Source of the DNA: Basidiobolus meristosporus CBS 931.73
Taxonomy: Eukaryota > Fungi > Basidiobolomycota
Length of the DNA stretch: 38,967 nucleotides
Direction: 5' to 3'
NCBI GenBank assembly: GCA_002104905.1
Contig: MCFE01000756.1
Span: 1-38,967, forward strand
Position 1 is the first letter of the stretch. The number at the start of each line of letters is the position of its first letter. The notes below the pieces were generated by a model. It was not told the origin of the DNA, made no database searches, and was given only the letters and a program-made list of their open reading frames with translations. The translations under genes and the position numbers were made by a program. Below are positions 12,471 through 23,050 of this stretch, one piece after another.

Positions 12471-12873
12471 TGTTACAAGTCTTGGTATAAGAGTTGTAGA
12501 GGAATAGGGAGTTTAGCTAGTATTGCATTCACTAAAACTTGATCTGATTCTTATTGAGGTTCCAGCAGCTCCTTATATGCATTTTGCCAGATCTATTGCT
12601 GACTAATTGTATTTCCTAATGTAGGTTGCGGCTGATGACTCATCTGATTGCATCATCATCTCCCAATAAGATCCTACTTAATATATCTATTCCTGTCTGA
12701 TAAGGATCTGGTGATTCATTTGCTGACTAATGCTACTGATTTCATAGATAATACTGATATACTGATAACCTAAATATATACTGATTGATTTGACTAGAAA
12801 CTGATCTAACTTAATCATTCAAGCAGCAGATCATAACAATTTAACTTAAATATTCATGTGGCAGATCATAACA
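12471..12873 (-). repeat. Family A 5' LTR plus a second 35-bp LTR tip
   Basis: Full LTR 12471-12838, followed by a second LTR terminus ...CATGTGGCAGATCATAACA ending at 12873, which carries the TSD. Confidence 0.9.
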
Positions 12874-13627
12874 CTTCAATGTAGCATCTCCAGGTCTTCA
12901 TGCAGTGCATTATGGCAAGCATCTCCTTCTCATGCACTGTATAGTACTGTCCTTCTGTGTTTAGTTTCTTGTTCACCTCAAACCAGTCATTATCCTACAT
13001 TGTGAGACAGAGAAGCTGGAGTCTAGTCCAACTGGTGACAGGGTCTAGCTGGTGCACAGCAAAGTGATGACTAAACTTGTAAAGAAAATCAGTAGAGTTT
13101 CTTATTTCTTTGGCTCCCTTAGCATAAAGAGGCAAAGATCTTGGGACAACAACCAGGGCAGGTCAAGAGATGTACACCTGGAGGATCCACAGGCATGCCT
13201 TCTGGAGGCTGATGCTCAGTAAGGCTTTGTAAATTTTTGATGCCATCAATTACTATGGCAATATTCTCCTGAGCTTCTTGGAGTATTCAAATTACATCAT
13301 GATGAACAGATATAGCTTCAAGGAGTTCATCTCTACCATTATTGTCAGATCTTCTCTTAGCAAGCTATGGATGCTCAAACATCAAGGTGTCTCTTTCAAG
13401 CATGATGTTTTCAGGCTGTTCAGTCATTCTTCCTGATTTCTTTGTGCTACCTCCAACATGGAATGATTTAGATTACTTGCTGCAGAGGACATCTGGTTTT
13501 CTTTTGACATATAAGAGGAAGTGTTTACCAAGTACTGTAGAATATCTACTCCAATATATTCAAGGAGATTCCTTGTTAAGCTTTTCTGCAGGTACAAGAA
13601 CTATTGACATGTAAGTTTTAACCCCGC

Positions 13628-14698
13628 TGTAGTGGGGTGACAGTGACACCCACTGACAGATGTGCTCATTCCCTTATTTTCTACTTCCCTATACCTCTAC
13701 TACACTTATTTTAGTTTTATCCCATTTGTCTTACCCAATCAGTACTATCCCATAAGCCAGTTGACTATCACACCTGCTTACCTTATTGCATAAGTTACCC
13801 CTCACTGTATGTAAGATTACTAGCTATAAGTACTTCTATATTAGGCAAGTACCCCCGCCAGTACCCGTGACACATGATCAGCCCGTGTCACCATCCCTAC
13901 CATCTCCATACTGTATATGGTATCCCCATGTTACACAGGTTTCAGAATACTGATTCCTGATTGGTTCAATGTGCTGTGCCTCTTAGAACCTTCCAGCACC
14001 TACTTAGAACATTCTTAGGTCATTCTGATGTCATTAAGATTTCTATTGATCTCCGGAACCTTCTGGAACACTATGATTAGTAATCACTTAGCCAGTGAGA
14101 AAAATATATAAGGGAGGCTATCCCTCAACAATAAATCATCATCCCTTTTATCAATATACCAACTTGTTGATTAGAGTGATCACTGCTACCTGCTGCTACC
14201 TGAACTTCCAACCACAGGCCACAGGACACTCCCAGGAAACCGCGCTGACAGCCAACTGACCTTGGAGGCACTACTTGTGAGGAATACTCAGAGTAGGTAT
14301 CTTTTATTATATTTGATTCTTTCCCAAGTTTGTTCTTGTGCAGGCAAAGATACTTTTCTGTCTTTGTAACTATTGACCACAGCTGCATTCTTATCAAGTC
14401 CCTGCTGGTGGAGTTTACAGTTGTTTTGACTTTGGAAGCTTTAGTACATTGTCATCTCAAAGGACGCTGAACCTAGCACATACTTATGTTAAGACTCCAA
14501 CTAAGTTGGGGATTGTAGCTCAATAGTTTTCCCTTGACAAGCTTGTGGCTTTATTCCCCTTCACATTAGATTAGAGACAGAACCCAAGTATTCCTAGCAA
14601 GCTTTTGCCAGAGGTTATTGCACCCAGTGAACACCCAACACAAAAAACACTTGAGAAGTGTTGGACGTATCTCTCCCTTGGACTTATACACCACCACA
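13628..14698 (+). repeat. Solo LTR related to family B (1071 bp)
   Basis: Starts TGTAGTGG and ends TACACCACCACA, the same terminus as the family B LTR. Shares blocks AGGCAAGTACC...AGTACCCGTGACACATGA, TTAGTAATCACTTAGC and GAGGTTAT.GCACCC. 4-bp TSD CCGC at 13624-13627 and 14699-14702. Confidence 0.92.
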
Positions 14699-15162
14699 CC
14701 GCTATGCATTGTAACAAGATTCCCAAAAGCCTTGATTCTCAGCTGACAGCAATGGAGGACCACCTTGCAGAGAGCATGAGCTACTTGGAACAAGCTTCTA
14801 TCCTACCACTGGCATCATGGTTGAGATTATGATGCCCAAAAGTACCAATGAGTGGCGGATCAATTAGGTGCTATCAATAGGCTAGTACTCTGTGGCACTA
14901 TGCAACAAAACATATTTGCTAAGCTCTCCAAGATTAAATATTATTAACTCCTTGAATAGGCTGGCCTTAGTTACTTCAATGTTTCTTGGTTATTGGTGGC
15001 TATAATAGAATAATCCTCATGTAGTGCTTATAGAACTGGATTTGCTCTATCTGGCTAATAGTAAATACTATAGTCAGCAGTAATACTTTTGAAACTGAAA
15101 GATTCCAAATATGAGTGTATCTTCCCATTTCAAGCTCTTGAGGATTGTTTCAGACCATATAG

Positions 15163-17588
15163 TTTTGAGATAGTAGACTATTTTGTATCAATCAGCAGCA
15201 AGAATTTACTTGATACTTCTAGACTAGTTGTGTTCACTGTATGACCAATTTGCAGCCCCTACTTTGCCAATTTCTTCACATATATGATCCTACAATTATT
15301 CCCCTATAGTGAAGATCTAATTGACACTTTTACCAAAAGTTATGTATCAACACGGAAGCTGTTACAGAATGCTCCTGAATGTTAAGAAACCCTGCTTACT
15401 TGGTGTTGCAGCTGCATTATTTCCACAAAGGTATAAATACTGATCCTCTTTATGAGTTGATAAGTACAAAGCTAGATTGGTAACTAAGGGCTATTCTCAG
15501 ATCCAGGGACTAGACTTTAAGGAAACACGTGCTCTGGTTGCCAAGCTTACCTCCATTAGGACAGTTCTAGCCCTGGTAGCTCTACATAGTCTAGGTCTAT
15601 ACCAAATGGACATCAAAACAGCCTTTCTAAATGGGGATTTGCAAGAAACTCTGTATATGGAGCAACCAGAAGGCTTTACCAATCCAAAAGGCCTCATAAG
15701 GTTTGCAGACTTTGAAAATTGTTGTATGGGCTTAAACAAGAACCCAGAGCATGTAAAACAAGATTGACACATATCTAGAGGAGATTGGATGAATTTGTAA
15801 CATTGCAGATCACAGTATATATGTGAAACAGCTCAAAAAGGGTGTGATCATCCTAGTTCTCTATGTGAACAACCTACTAATAGCTACAAGTGACCAGGAG
15901 GCACTTGAACAGACAAAATCAGAAATCTTTAGCAAGTTTGAGAAGAAAGATCTTGGAAAATTGAGCTATTTTCTTGAAATTGAAGTGAATTTGGACATAC
16001 CTAAACAGAAATTGTGTTGAATCAGTCTAAGTACTTCAGGGACACTCTTAGATGCTTCAAAATGGAAAATTGCAAGCCTGCAGCTATCTCTATGGACAAT
16101 AATCTTAAATTGAACAAATCTCAGCCAGTTTTTGGTAAAAACAGCTCAAATATGAACCACAACTTTCCCTATCAATCAGTGGTTGGTAGCCTGAGGCATT
16201 TGATGGTTTTTACATGTTGTGTTATTGCTGCGGAAGTTGGAATAGTCAGTCAATTCATACAGAATTATGGATCAGATCAAATAACAGCAGTTAAGTGGAC
16301 TTTCAAATATCTACAAGGTACTATAAATATGGTACTGGTGTTACAAGTCTTGGTATAATAGTTGTTGAGGAATAGGGAGTTTAGCTAGTATTGTATTCAC
16401 TAAAACTTGAACTCATCTTTATTAAGATTCCAGCACCTCCTTATATACATTTTGCCAGATCAATTGCTGACTAATTGTATTTCCTAAAGTAGGCTGTGGC
16501 TGATGACTCATTTGACTGCATCATCATCACCCAATAAGATCCTACTTAATAAATCTTTTTCTGTTTGATAAGGATCTGATGATTCATTTGCTGACTAATG
16601 CTACTGATTTGATAGATAATACTGATATACTAATAATCTAAAGATATAACTAATTGATTTGACTAAAAACTGATTTAACTTAAACATTCAAGCGGCAGAT
16701 CATAACACTGGAATACTCTGGAGCAACTAATAGGCAAAAACTTGATAGTTATAGTGATTGAGATTGGGGTAGAGATCTGATTGACAGATGCTCTACCACT
16801 GGGTATGTGTTTCTTTATGCTGGTGCAGCTGTTACTTGGAATTGCAAGAAACAACCAACTGTGGCCCTACCTACAACTGAAGTTGAATATATGGCTGCTT
16901 GCCAAGCAACTAAGGAGGCTATATGGCTGCAGAAATATTCAAAGACTTAGGCTTTAATTCAGATGAACCAGCTTGCATTCACAAAGATAATCAAAGTTGT
17001 ATTTCATTAGCTGGAAATCCTACTAATCATGCCAGAACTTTGCACATAGATGTACATCACCACTTTGTGTGGGAAGCTGTAGAAAATAACTTAGGACAGT
17101 TAGTTTACTGTCTAACTCACAAGATGGTGGCAGATATATTGACAAACCACTAGCTAGACCACAATTTGATAATCTCAGAGAGGAATAAGGATTAAGAAAT
17201 TATTCAGTTGAGGGGGAGTGTTGAAATATTGGACTATTTGGTATCATTCAGCAGCTAAAAATTTACTCAACAAATCTAGACTAGTCTTGGTCACTGTAGG
17301 ACAAACTTGCAGCCCCAACTTTGCAAGCTTCTTGACAGCTATGATCCTATAATATTTCCCCAATGGTGAAGATCAAATTGACACTTTTTACCAAATATCA
17401 TATACTAACCTGGAAACTGTTACACAATACTCCTGAATGTTAAGGAACCCTCCTTACTTAGTGTTAAAGCTGTATTACTTCTACAATGGTATTTAAAATG
17501 ATCCTCTCTATGAATAAACAATAGTTCAAATATTGTCAATTTATCTTGATAAGTTCCTTATATCCATATCACTTCTTATATTGCAACA
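15163..17588 (+). mobile_element. Internally deleted Ty1/copia element (gag/IN missing) with both LTRs
   Basis: 5' LTR remnant 15163-~15465 and 3' LTR 17219-17588 (TGTTG...CAACA). 5-bp TSD TATAG at 15158-15162 and 17589-17593. RT: KYKARLVTKG, QMDIKTAFLNGDL, VLYVNNLLI. RNase H: KKQPTVALPTTEVEY, HIDVHHHF, MVADILT. PPT AGTTGAGGGGGAG at 17206-17218. Confidence 0.88.
16339..16707 (-). repeat. Family A solo LTR inserted in the copia element
   Basis: Third copy of the 7906-8273 LTR, TSD CTGG on both sides. Removing it restores GTINMVLEYSG in frame. Confidence 0.95.
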
Positions 17589-18216
17589 TATAGGGACTTT
17601 TTAAGCTTGCAGATCAAATGGAGGTAGTCTTGGTCAATAAGCACATCAGCAATGGCATTTTAACTTCCATTTGGGATATAAGAAACTTGTATATAACCAC
17701 AATTGCCAACATTAGTCTTATGAAATTAAACTTGACTACCAGTGCAATAGCTTCAGGATAGGCCAGTCCTTTTATTTGATGGTATCCTGTGGCTACAAGT
17801 CTTGCTATGTTTCTTTCTACTGTACCATCAGCTGTGTACTTTGCCTTGAAGACTCATCTGCATCCAGTTGAAATTTGGTTGATTTACCAATCAACCGGGT
17901 CTCTAGCTTGATTTGCTCTCAGGGCCTGACACTTCTCAGTCATTGAAGAACTCCAGTACTTTGTCTGAGCCACAGTCTGCCATACTGTTGTGTTAATCCC
18001 TATGAAAATTATTGAGATGATCCCGTCAAAAGGCCGTCACAAAGTTAATGTCCCATGACTGAGAGGTACAGATCTTGTCAGGACACCGTCCAGAGACCGT
18101 TGAAAAATAATTGCACCCCAGATTTCACAAAAAACTTCGTCAAAATTTTTCATCACAACAATGTATAAGTGGCTTTTGATAGGTTCCCTGCCAATTTGCT
18201 CACTTTCTGATCCCGG

Positions 18217-19020
18217 TGTGGTAGGGTAAACATACCTCCCACAGACAAGTTTATTCATATAGTCATTATGATATACTTATCCATATTTTATCTTATCAGT
18301 ATTATCCCATTCTTCTTTTGCCCATATTATCAGTATTATCCCCATAAGATGTTTACCCTGATTAGTTATTAGCATTAGTTATCCCAGATGTTATTCAGCT
18401 TTGTGATCAGTAGATGTATCTATATAAGGCAAGTACCCGCGTCAGTACCCGTGACACATGACCTAGGTCTGTGTTACCATCTCTACCATTTCAATACCAT
18501 ATATGGTATTTCTATGTTGCACAGGTTTCAGACTACTGATTCCTGATTGGTTGAGAGTGCTGTGCCTTTTAGAACCTTCCAGGACATTCTTGGCATATTT
18601 TTAGCTCATAGTGATGTCATCAAGAATTCCACTGATACCTAGAATCTTCTAGAACCTTGTCATTAGTAATCACTTAGCAATCAGGAAAAGTATTTAAGGG
18701 AAAGCAATCCCTCATCAATAAATCATCCCTTCTATCAGTAACACTTCTACCTTATTGATTAGCAGTTGATCACTGCACCTGCCTTCAACAGTACATCTAA
18801 GACCTGCCATCAAGGAGCTTTTCAGGGTAGTGCACAAGACACACAGAGGCCTTTGGAGACACTTGGAGCACCTAGGAAGCTAGAGAAGCAGGAGCTTTTA
18901 CCATAGTGGCATATTGACAAAGACACCAGTAGTTTAGACACAGAGGTTATCGCACCCATCAGACACCTCACACACCTTGAGTTGTGTAGCTTCTCCCAGG
19001 AGTACCTCTACACCACCACA
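18217..19020 (+). repeat. Family B 5' LTR (804 bp)
   Basis: TGTGGTAGGG...CACCACCACA. TATTTAA followed by AATAAA near 18691-18721. Confidence 0.97.
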
Positions 19021-19024
19021 TAAT

Positions 19025-19041
19025 TGGCACCCAACGTGGGG
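19025..19041 (+). promoter_or_regulatory. Primer-binding site, tRNA-Lys(CUU) type
   Basis: TGGCACCCAACGTGGGG matches the classical Lys1,2 PBS TGGCGCCCAACGTGGGG at 16/17 positions. Confidence 0.85.
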
Positions 19042-19094
19042 GGTTTGACTAAACTGCCCCTAGAAGACTTAAGAAAGAACAAATTATCAAGACC

Positions 19095-20951
19095 ATGGAT
19101 CTACCTTTACCAGGAATGCAAGGAACCCCTTTCTTTGATGGAACTAAAGTCAAAGCTTTCATCAAGAGGTGGGAGCTTTTCTGCAGAGCCCACAAAATAC
19201 CTGAGGCCATTATGGCTGAAGAGATGCCTCCCTACAGCACTGATGAGATCATGCTCTCATTATATGAAAGAAATGATCTGCTGACAAATTGGACCCTCTT
19301 GAAGAGCTACTTGATTGATGAATATGGAGAGAGACAAGTTGACTACACACTTCAAGACTTGGAGAACTTTGCTTATAGCAAGTTTAAGCTGCTACCATTG
19401 AAAGAATACTTGAGTGGCCTTGAGCAAATTGGAGAGTCACTGAAAGCCCAAGGCATTATCACTGATCTGACTTTATCTGCCTATCTGCTCAGAGCACTAC
19501 CAGAAGGCCTGGTTAGAAGGATTGAAAACAATCCTACTGTGAAAGCTATGAGTTCACTGCCTGCATTTCAGTTAGCTAAGCAGATTTTACTTGCCCCTGA
19601 AGAAACCTCACCAATCAGAAAGCTTCTTTCAAGCCCAGGACAAAACCAAGATAGCCAAGACATACTTAATCCCAGCAATCAAAGCACTCAAATTCAGGAG
19701 CTGACACAGCAACTAGAGAAACTCTCTTTGCTACTTGCCAGCAAAGCATATGGTCAGAAGCCAGTGGAGAAAGAAGTCAAATATACATGCATGTGGTGTG
19801 ACTCTGCCAACCATTCCAAGAGAAATTGCCAAGAGCTTCAGTCATTACTATCCACAGGTGATGTCCTATATAGCCCTCAGGGATACATAGTCAGTAAGCA
19901 TGGTGACAAATTATCCACAGCATTTGGACAAGGAGGAATGAGAGTTCACTACAAGCAAGTCACCTCTCATACAAGAAAGGTTCACCTCCATGGAGAAGAA
20001 GATCCTGGCTATTTTGATCCAGCTGAAGTTCTGAACTTTGACTATGAGGATCCCAGAGAGGCCCAAGATCATATAGCTTCAATTTATGCTTCAAAGAGAC
20101 ACCATCCTGAAAAAATGGCTAATCTAGGCCCAGCAACAAAAGTACCAAGATGTGAGCCAGAAGTTGTGATTGAGAAGAAAGCATCACCCCCATTAATTCT
20201 ACAAGAGTCTGCCAAGACCAACAACTACCACATGCAGCCTAAAGTCAAGCAAAATGGTACCCCAGAGGCTCTGACAAGTCATATACTAGGAAGCAACATA
20301 TCAATCAAGGTTGGAGAGCTACTCAGTGTATCACCATCTGTAAGAAAGACTCTGGATGAGCATATCAGAATAAGAAAGCATCCAATTGAAGCAACTCAAG
20401 GCAACCAGGTCAGGACAGTTCAAGGAAGCCAAGATATCAGTAAGCTGCATCAAAGCCAGAAACACTACTACTCAGTGGCAACTGCAACAACTACAGGAAC
20501 TGTGCATAATCAAGAAATCCTATGTCATATAGACAGTGGATCTGAGATATGTGTGATGCCTTTGGAGGCTTGGAAACAACTACCATGCAAAGACCTATTG
20601 CCCATAGACACCAATATCAATTGGAGCATGAAGGATGCCAACTCAGGGCAATCAAAGCTTTTAGGAATTATTCACAGCTTCCCTCTCATCATTGAAGGAA
20701 TACCCCATGAGATCCCAGTATTCATTTGTGCAAAGGCTAACTTTGAATTACTTCTTGGAAGACCATGGGAAGTAAAAGCAAGAGCAACTGCAGTGAACTA
20801 CCCAGATGGTTCAGCATGGTATACTATATACTCAGAGAGCCCAGGACTAACAGCAACCTTCTGTGGTGTGGACTCAAACAATATCCGATCAATGACATCA
20901 TGTAGATTTCTATCTCAAGAAAGGACAGGTGGCTTCATTGAGGAAGACTGA
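19095..20951 (+). CDS. Intact retroelement Gag / CCHC zinc knuckle / aspartic protease polyprotein (618 aa); middle region resembles DUF4100 of fungal gypsy elements
   Basis: FFDGTKVKAFIKRWE gag-type start, CMWCDSANHSKRNC (C-x2-C-x4-H-x4-C), VGELLSVSPSVRK, CHIDSGSEICVM and LLLGRPW protease motifs. No stops or frameshifts. Confidence 0.9.
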   Translation: MDLPLPGMQGTPFFDGTKVKAFIKRWELFCRAHKIPEAIMAEEMPPYSTDEIMLSLYERNDLLTNWTLLKSYLIDEYGERQVDYTLQDLENFAYSKFKLLPLKEYLSGLEQIGESLKAQGIITDLTLSAYLLRALPEGLVRRIENNPTVKAMSSLPAFQLAKQILLAPEETSPIRKLLSSPGQNQDSQDILNPSNQSTQIQELTQQLEKLSLLLASKAYGQKPVEKEVKYTCMWCDSANHSKRNCQELQSLLSTGDVLYSPQGYIVSKHGDKLSTAFGQGGMRVHYKQVTSHTRKVHLHGEEDPGYFDPAEVLNFDYEDPREAQDHIASIYASKRHHPEKMANLGPATKVPRCEPEVVIEKKASPPLILQESAKTNNYHMQPKVKQNGTPEALTSHILGSNISIKVGELLSVSPSVRKTLDEHIRIRKHPIEATQGNQVRTVQGSQDISKLHQSQKHYYSVATATTTGTVHNQEILCHIDSGSEICVMPLEAWKQLPCKDLLPIDTNINWSMKDANSGQSKLLGIIHSFPLIIEGIPHEIPVFICAKANFELLLGRPWEVKARATAVNYPDGSAWYTIYSESPGLTATFCGVDSNNIRSMTSCRFLSQERTGGFIEED

Positions 20952-21015
20952 GAGAGCACTTTGTTCTCCAAACTTACAGTGGTTAGCTAAAAAGTTCCCT
21001 GAAACTTTTTAGCTC

Positions 21016-21029
21016 AAGTGGGGGGTGGA
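21016..21029 (+). promoter_or_regulatory. Polypurine tract of element B
   Basis: AAGTGGGGGGTGGA immediately before the 3' LTR. Confidence 0.85.
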
Positions 21030-21833
21030 TGTGGTAGGGTAAACATACCTCCCACAGACAAGTTTATTCATATAGTCATTATGATATACTTATCCATATT
21101 TTATCTTATCAGTATTATCCCATTCTTCTTTTGCCCATATTATCAGTATTATCCCCATAAGATGTTTACCCTGATTAGTTATTAGCATTAGTTATCCCAG
21201 ATGTTATTCAGCTTTGTGATCAGTAGATGTATCTATATAAGGCAAGTACCCGCGTCAGTACCCGTGACACATGACCTAGGTCTGTGTTACCATCTCTACC
21301 ATTTCAATACCATATATGGTATTTCTATGTTGCACAGGTTTCAGACTACTGATTCCTGATTGGTTGAGAGTGCTGTGCCTTTTAGAACCTTCCAGGACAT
21401 TCTTGGCATATTTTTAGCTCATAGTGATGTCATCAAGAATTCCACTGATACCTAGAATCTTCTAGAACCTTGTCATTAGTAATCACTTAGCAATCAGGAA
21501 AAGTATTTAAGGGAAAGCAATCCCTCATCAATAAATCATCCCTTCTATCAGTAACACTTCTACCTTATTGATTAGCAGTTGATCACTGCACCTGCCTTCA
21601 ACAGTACATCTAAGACCTGCCATCAAGGAGCTTTTCAGGGTAGTGCACAAGACACACAGAGGCCTTTGGAGACACTTGGAGCACCTAGGAAGCTAGAGAA
21701 GCAGGAGCTTTTACCATAGTGGCATATTGACAAAGACACCAGTAGTTTAGACACAGAGGTTATCGCACCCATCAGACACCTCACACACCTTGAGTTGTGT
21801 AGCTTCTCCCAGGAGTACCTCTACACCACCACA
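21030..21833 (+). repeat. Family B 3' LTR (804 bp)
   Basis: No difference from 18217-19020 found by eye. Confidence 0.97.
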
Positions 21834-21837
21834 CCGG

Positions 21838-23050
21838 ACACTCTATTGCCTCCTATATTTGTGTGAATTGATTGGCTATTGCCTCTTTTTCACACTCCTT
21901 ACTTCCTGACTCAACCGTTTCTCTTACTTTTCATGCGTACAAATTGGTTTATTTCCATTGAAACTGCAGTTGTGCCTCAATTGCCAATTGTATTGACCTA
22001 TACAAGTCTCTATACACTACACTAATATTAAGCCAAACCTAACACTCAACAAGTAATTCCAATATGTTCTACTACTGAATAAGTATTTCTGCAGAAATGC
22101 TCTGTTTCCATAATTTTGGCAGGAAACCAACTGCATTAGGCCACTCTGCATTCACTGGTTCCCATACATCCTGGTCTAGAGCTGGCACCGCAAGTTTTAG
22201 CACCTCATATGCCAGTCTTTGCCATACATTCTATCAATGTTCTGGTGCATTTTCTTATGCACTGCTCTTAAAGAAGTACTGCAACCTCTTAGTGTGCCCA
22301 TTAATGTTCCAAAATTTCAATAAAGGCATTGTTATAAACTTTGGAGTTCTTGACATTATTGCCTTGTCTGTTAGTGGGATCTCCACTCTGTTAATAATGG
22401 AGGATGTGAAGGCTGTGCTAGACAAGCTGCCTTTCTCTGCATACTCATTTACCTCACCAAAGGGTGGCACAACTGGCTGCACTTCCAACTCTTGTGAAAA
22501 CAGCTGTATTCTTTTTGGTATTTTTTTTGGCTATAATGGAACTTATTTTTGCATGCTTCCCTGTCTCAGGCTTGGGTAGACATTTTTCTGTTTACCTTTT
22601 CCTTTATCACTGCCTGGTCTTCAACTACTAAATTTTCTGAGTGCTTCTAGTATTGAACTTTATTTTTTCCTTGGAAAATGCTGCTCTAATGCATCTGTTT
22701 TGGCCTACGTGTCCCTAGCTGGTACTCTGTTAGTAACCTGACGCTTTTTTCCCACTTTTTTTGAGCTCTTTGCCTAAGCTGTGCAGGGCTCTTAAGGTAG
22801 CCACTGGCTTTTATGAATACCAGGTCCTCCACTGCTACTTTTACTGAGTGCTTCTTTAGTGATACCATGCCTTTTCCTGGATAAATGATGTGCTGGTGCA
22901 TCTATGTTGGCCTGCTTGTCCCTGTGGCTTCTGGAATTTTAGCTCACTCTTCATCATAGCACTCAAAAGGCTCACAGATCTTCAATGTGTTTTAATTTAT
23001 AGACTTCAGTTGCACAGTTCAGCTTCTCCCTTGCATGCTGTAATAGGTTT
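21838..23050 (-). pseudogene. Decayed CACTA accessory ORF, second copy of 1-1500
   Basis: Fragments LSSTAFTSSIINRVEIPLTDKA and MPLLKFWNINGHTKRLQYFFK match LSTTASTASIVDRVEIPLTDKA and MPSVEFWNINRHTKRLQHFFK. Confidence 0.75.

Larger units (their letters stand above)
7906..12873 (-). mobile_element. Full-length decayed Ty3/gypsy LTR retrotransposon (family A)
   Basis: LTRs 7906-8273 and 12471-12838 (plus an extra 35-bp tip to 12873) with TG...CA ends. 4-bp TSD CTTC at 7902-7905 and 12874-12877. PBS, PPT and gag-PR-RT-RH-IN order present, broken by stops and frameshifts. Confidence 0.95.
7815..12990 (-). pseudogene. Older gypsy RNase H remnant (7815-7905 plus 12878-~12990) split by element A
   Basis: Rejoined flanks GACTC-CTTC-AATGTAGCATCTCC are colinear with GACTC-CTTG-AATATAGCATCTCC inside element A itself (~9750-9775). 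Confidence 0.75.
14900..17997 (-). pseudogene. Older Ty1/copia RT remnant (host), interrupted by a younger copia and cut at 17998 by a CACTA end
   Basis: Minus strand reads GCR*VFKAKYTADGTVERNIARLVATGYHQ. Rejoining across 15163-17593 restores ICKLKKSLYGLKQSSRA in frame. Confidence 0.8.
18217..21833 (+). mobile_element. Young non-autonomous LTR retroelement (family B): LTR, gag-protease ORF, LTR; no RT/RH/IN
   Basis: Two 804-bp LTRs identical by eye. TSD CCGG at 18213-18216 and 21834-21837. PBS, PPT and a single intact ORF. The empty site is restored against the homologous copy at ~1500-1540. Confidence 0.95.

Noticed and set aside
13628-13645. TGTAGTGGGGTGACA resembling part of yeast 5S rRNA (a Cassandra-like LTR idea)
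   Set aside because: The match is ~15 nt at the LTR's TG start and no other 5S sequence flanks it.
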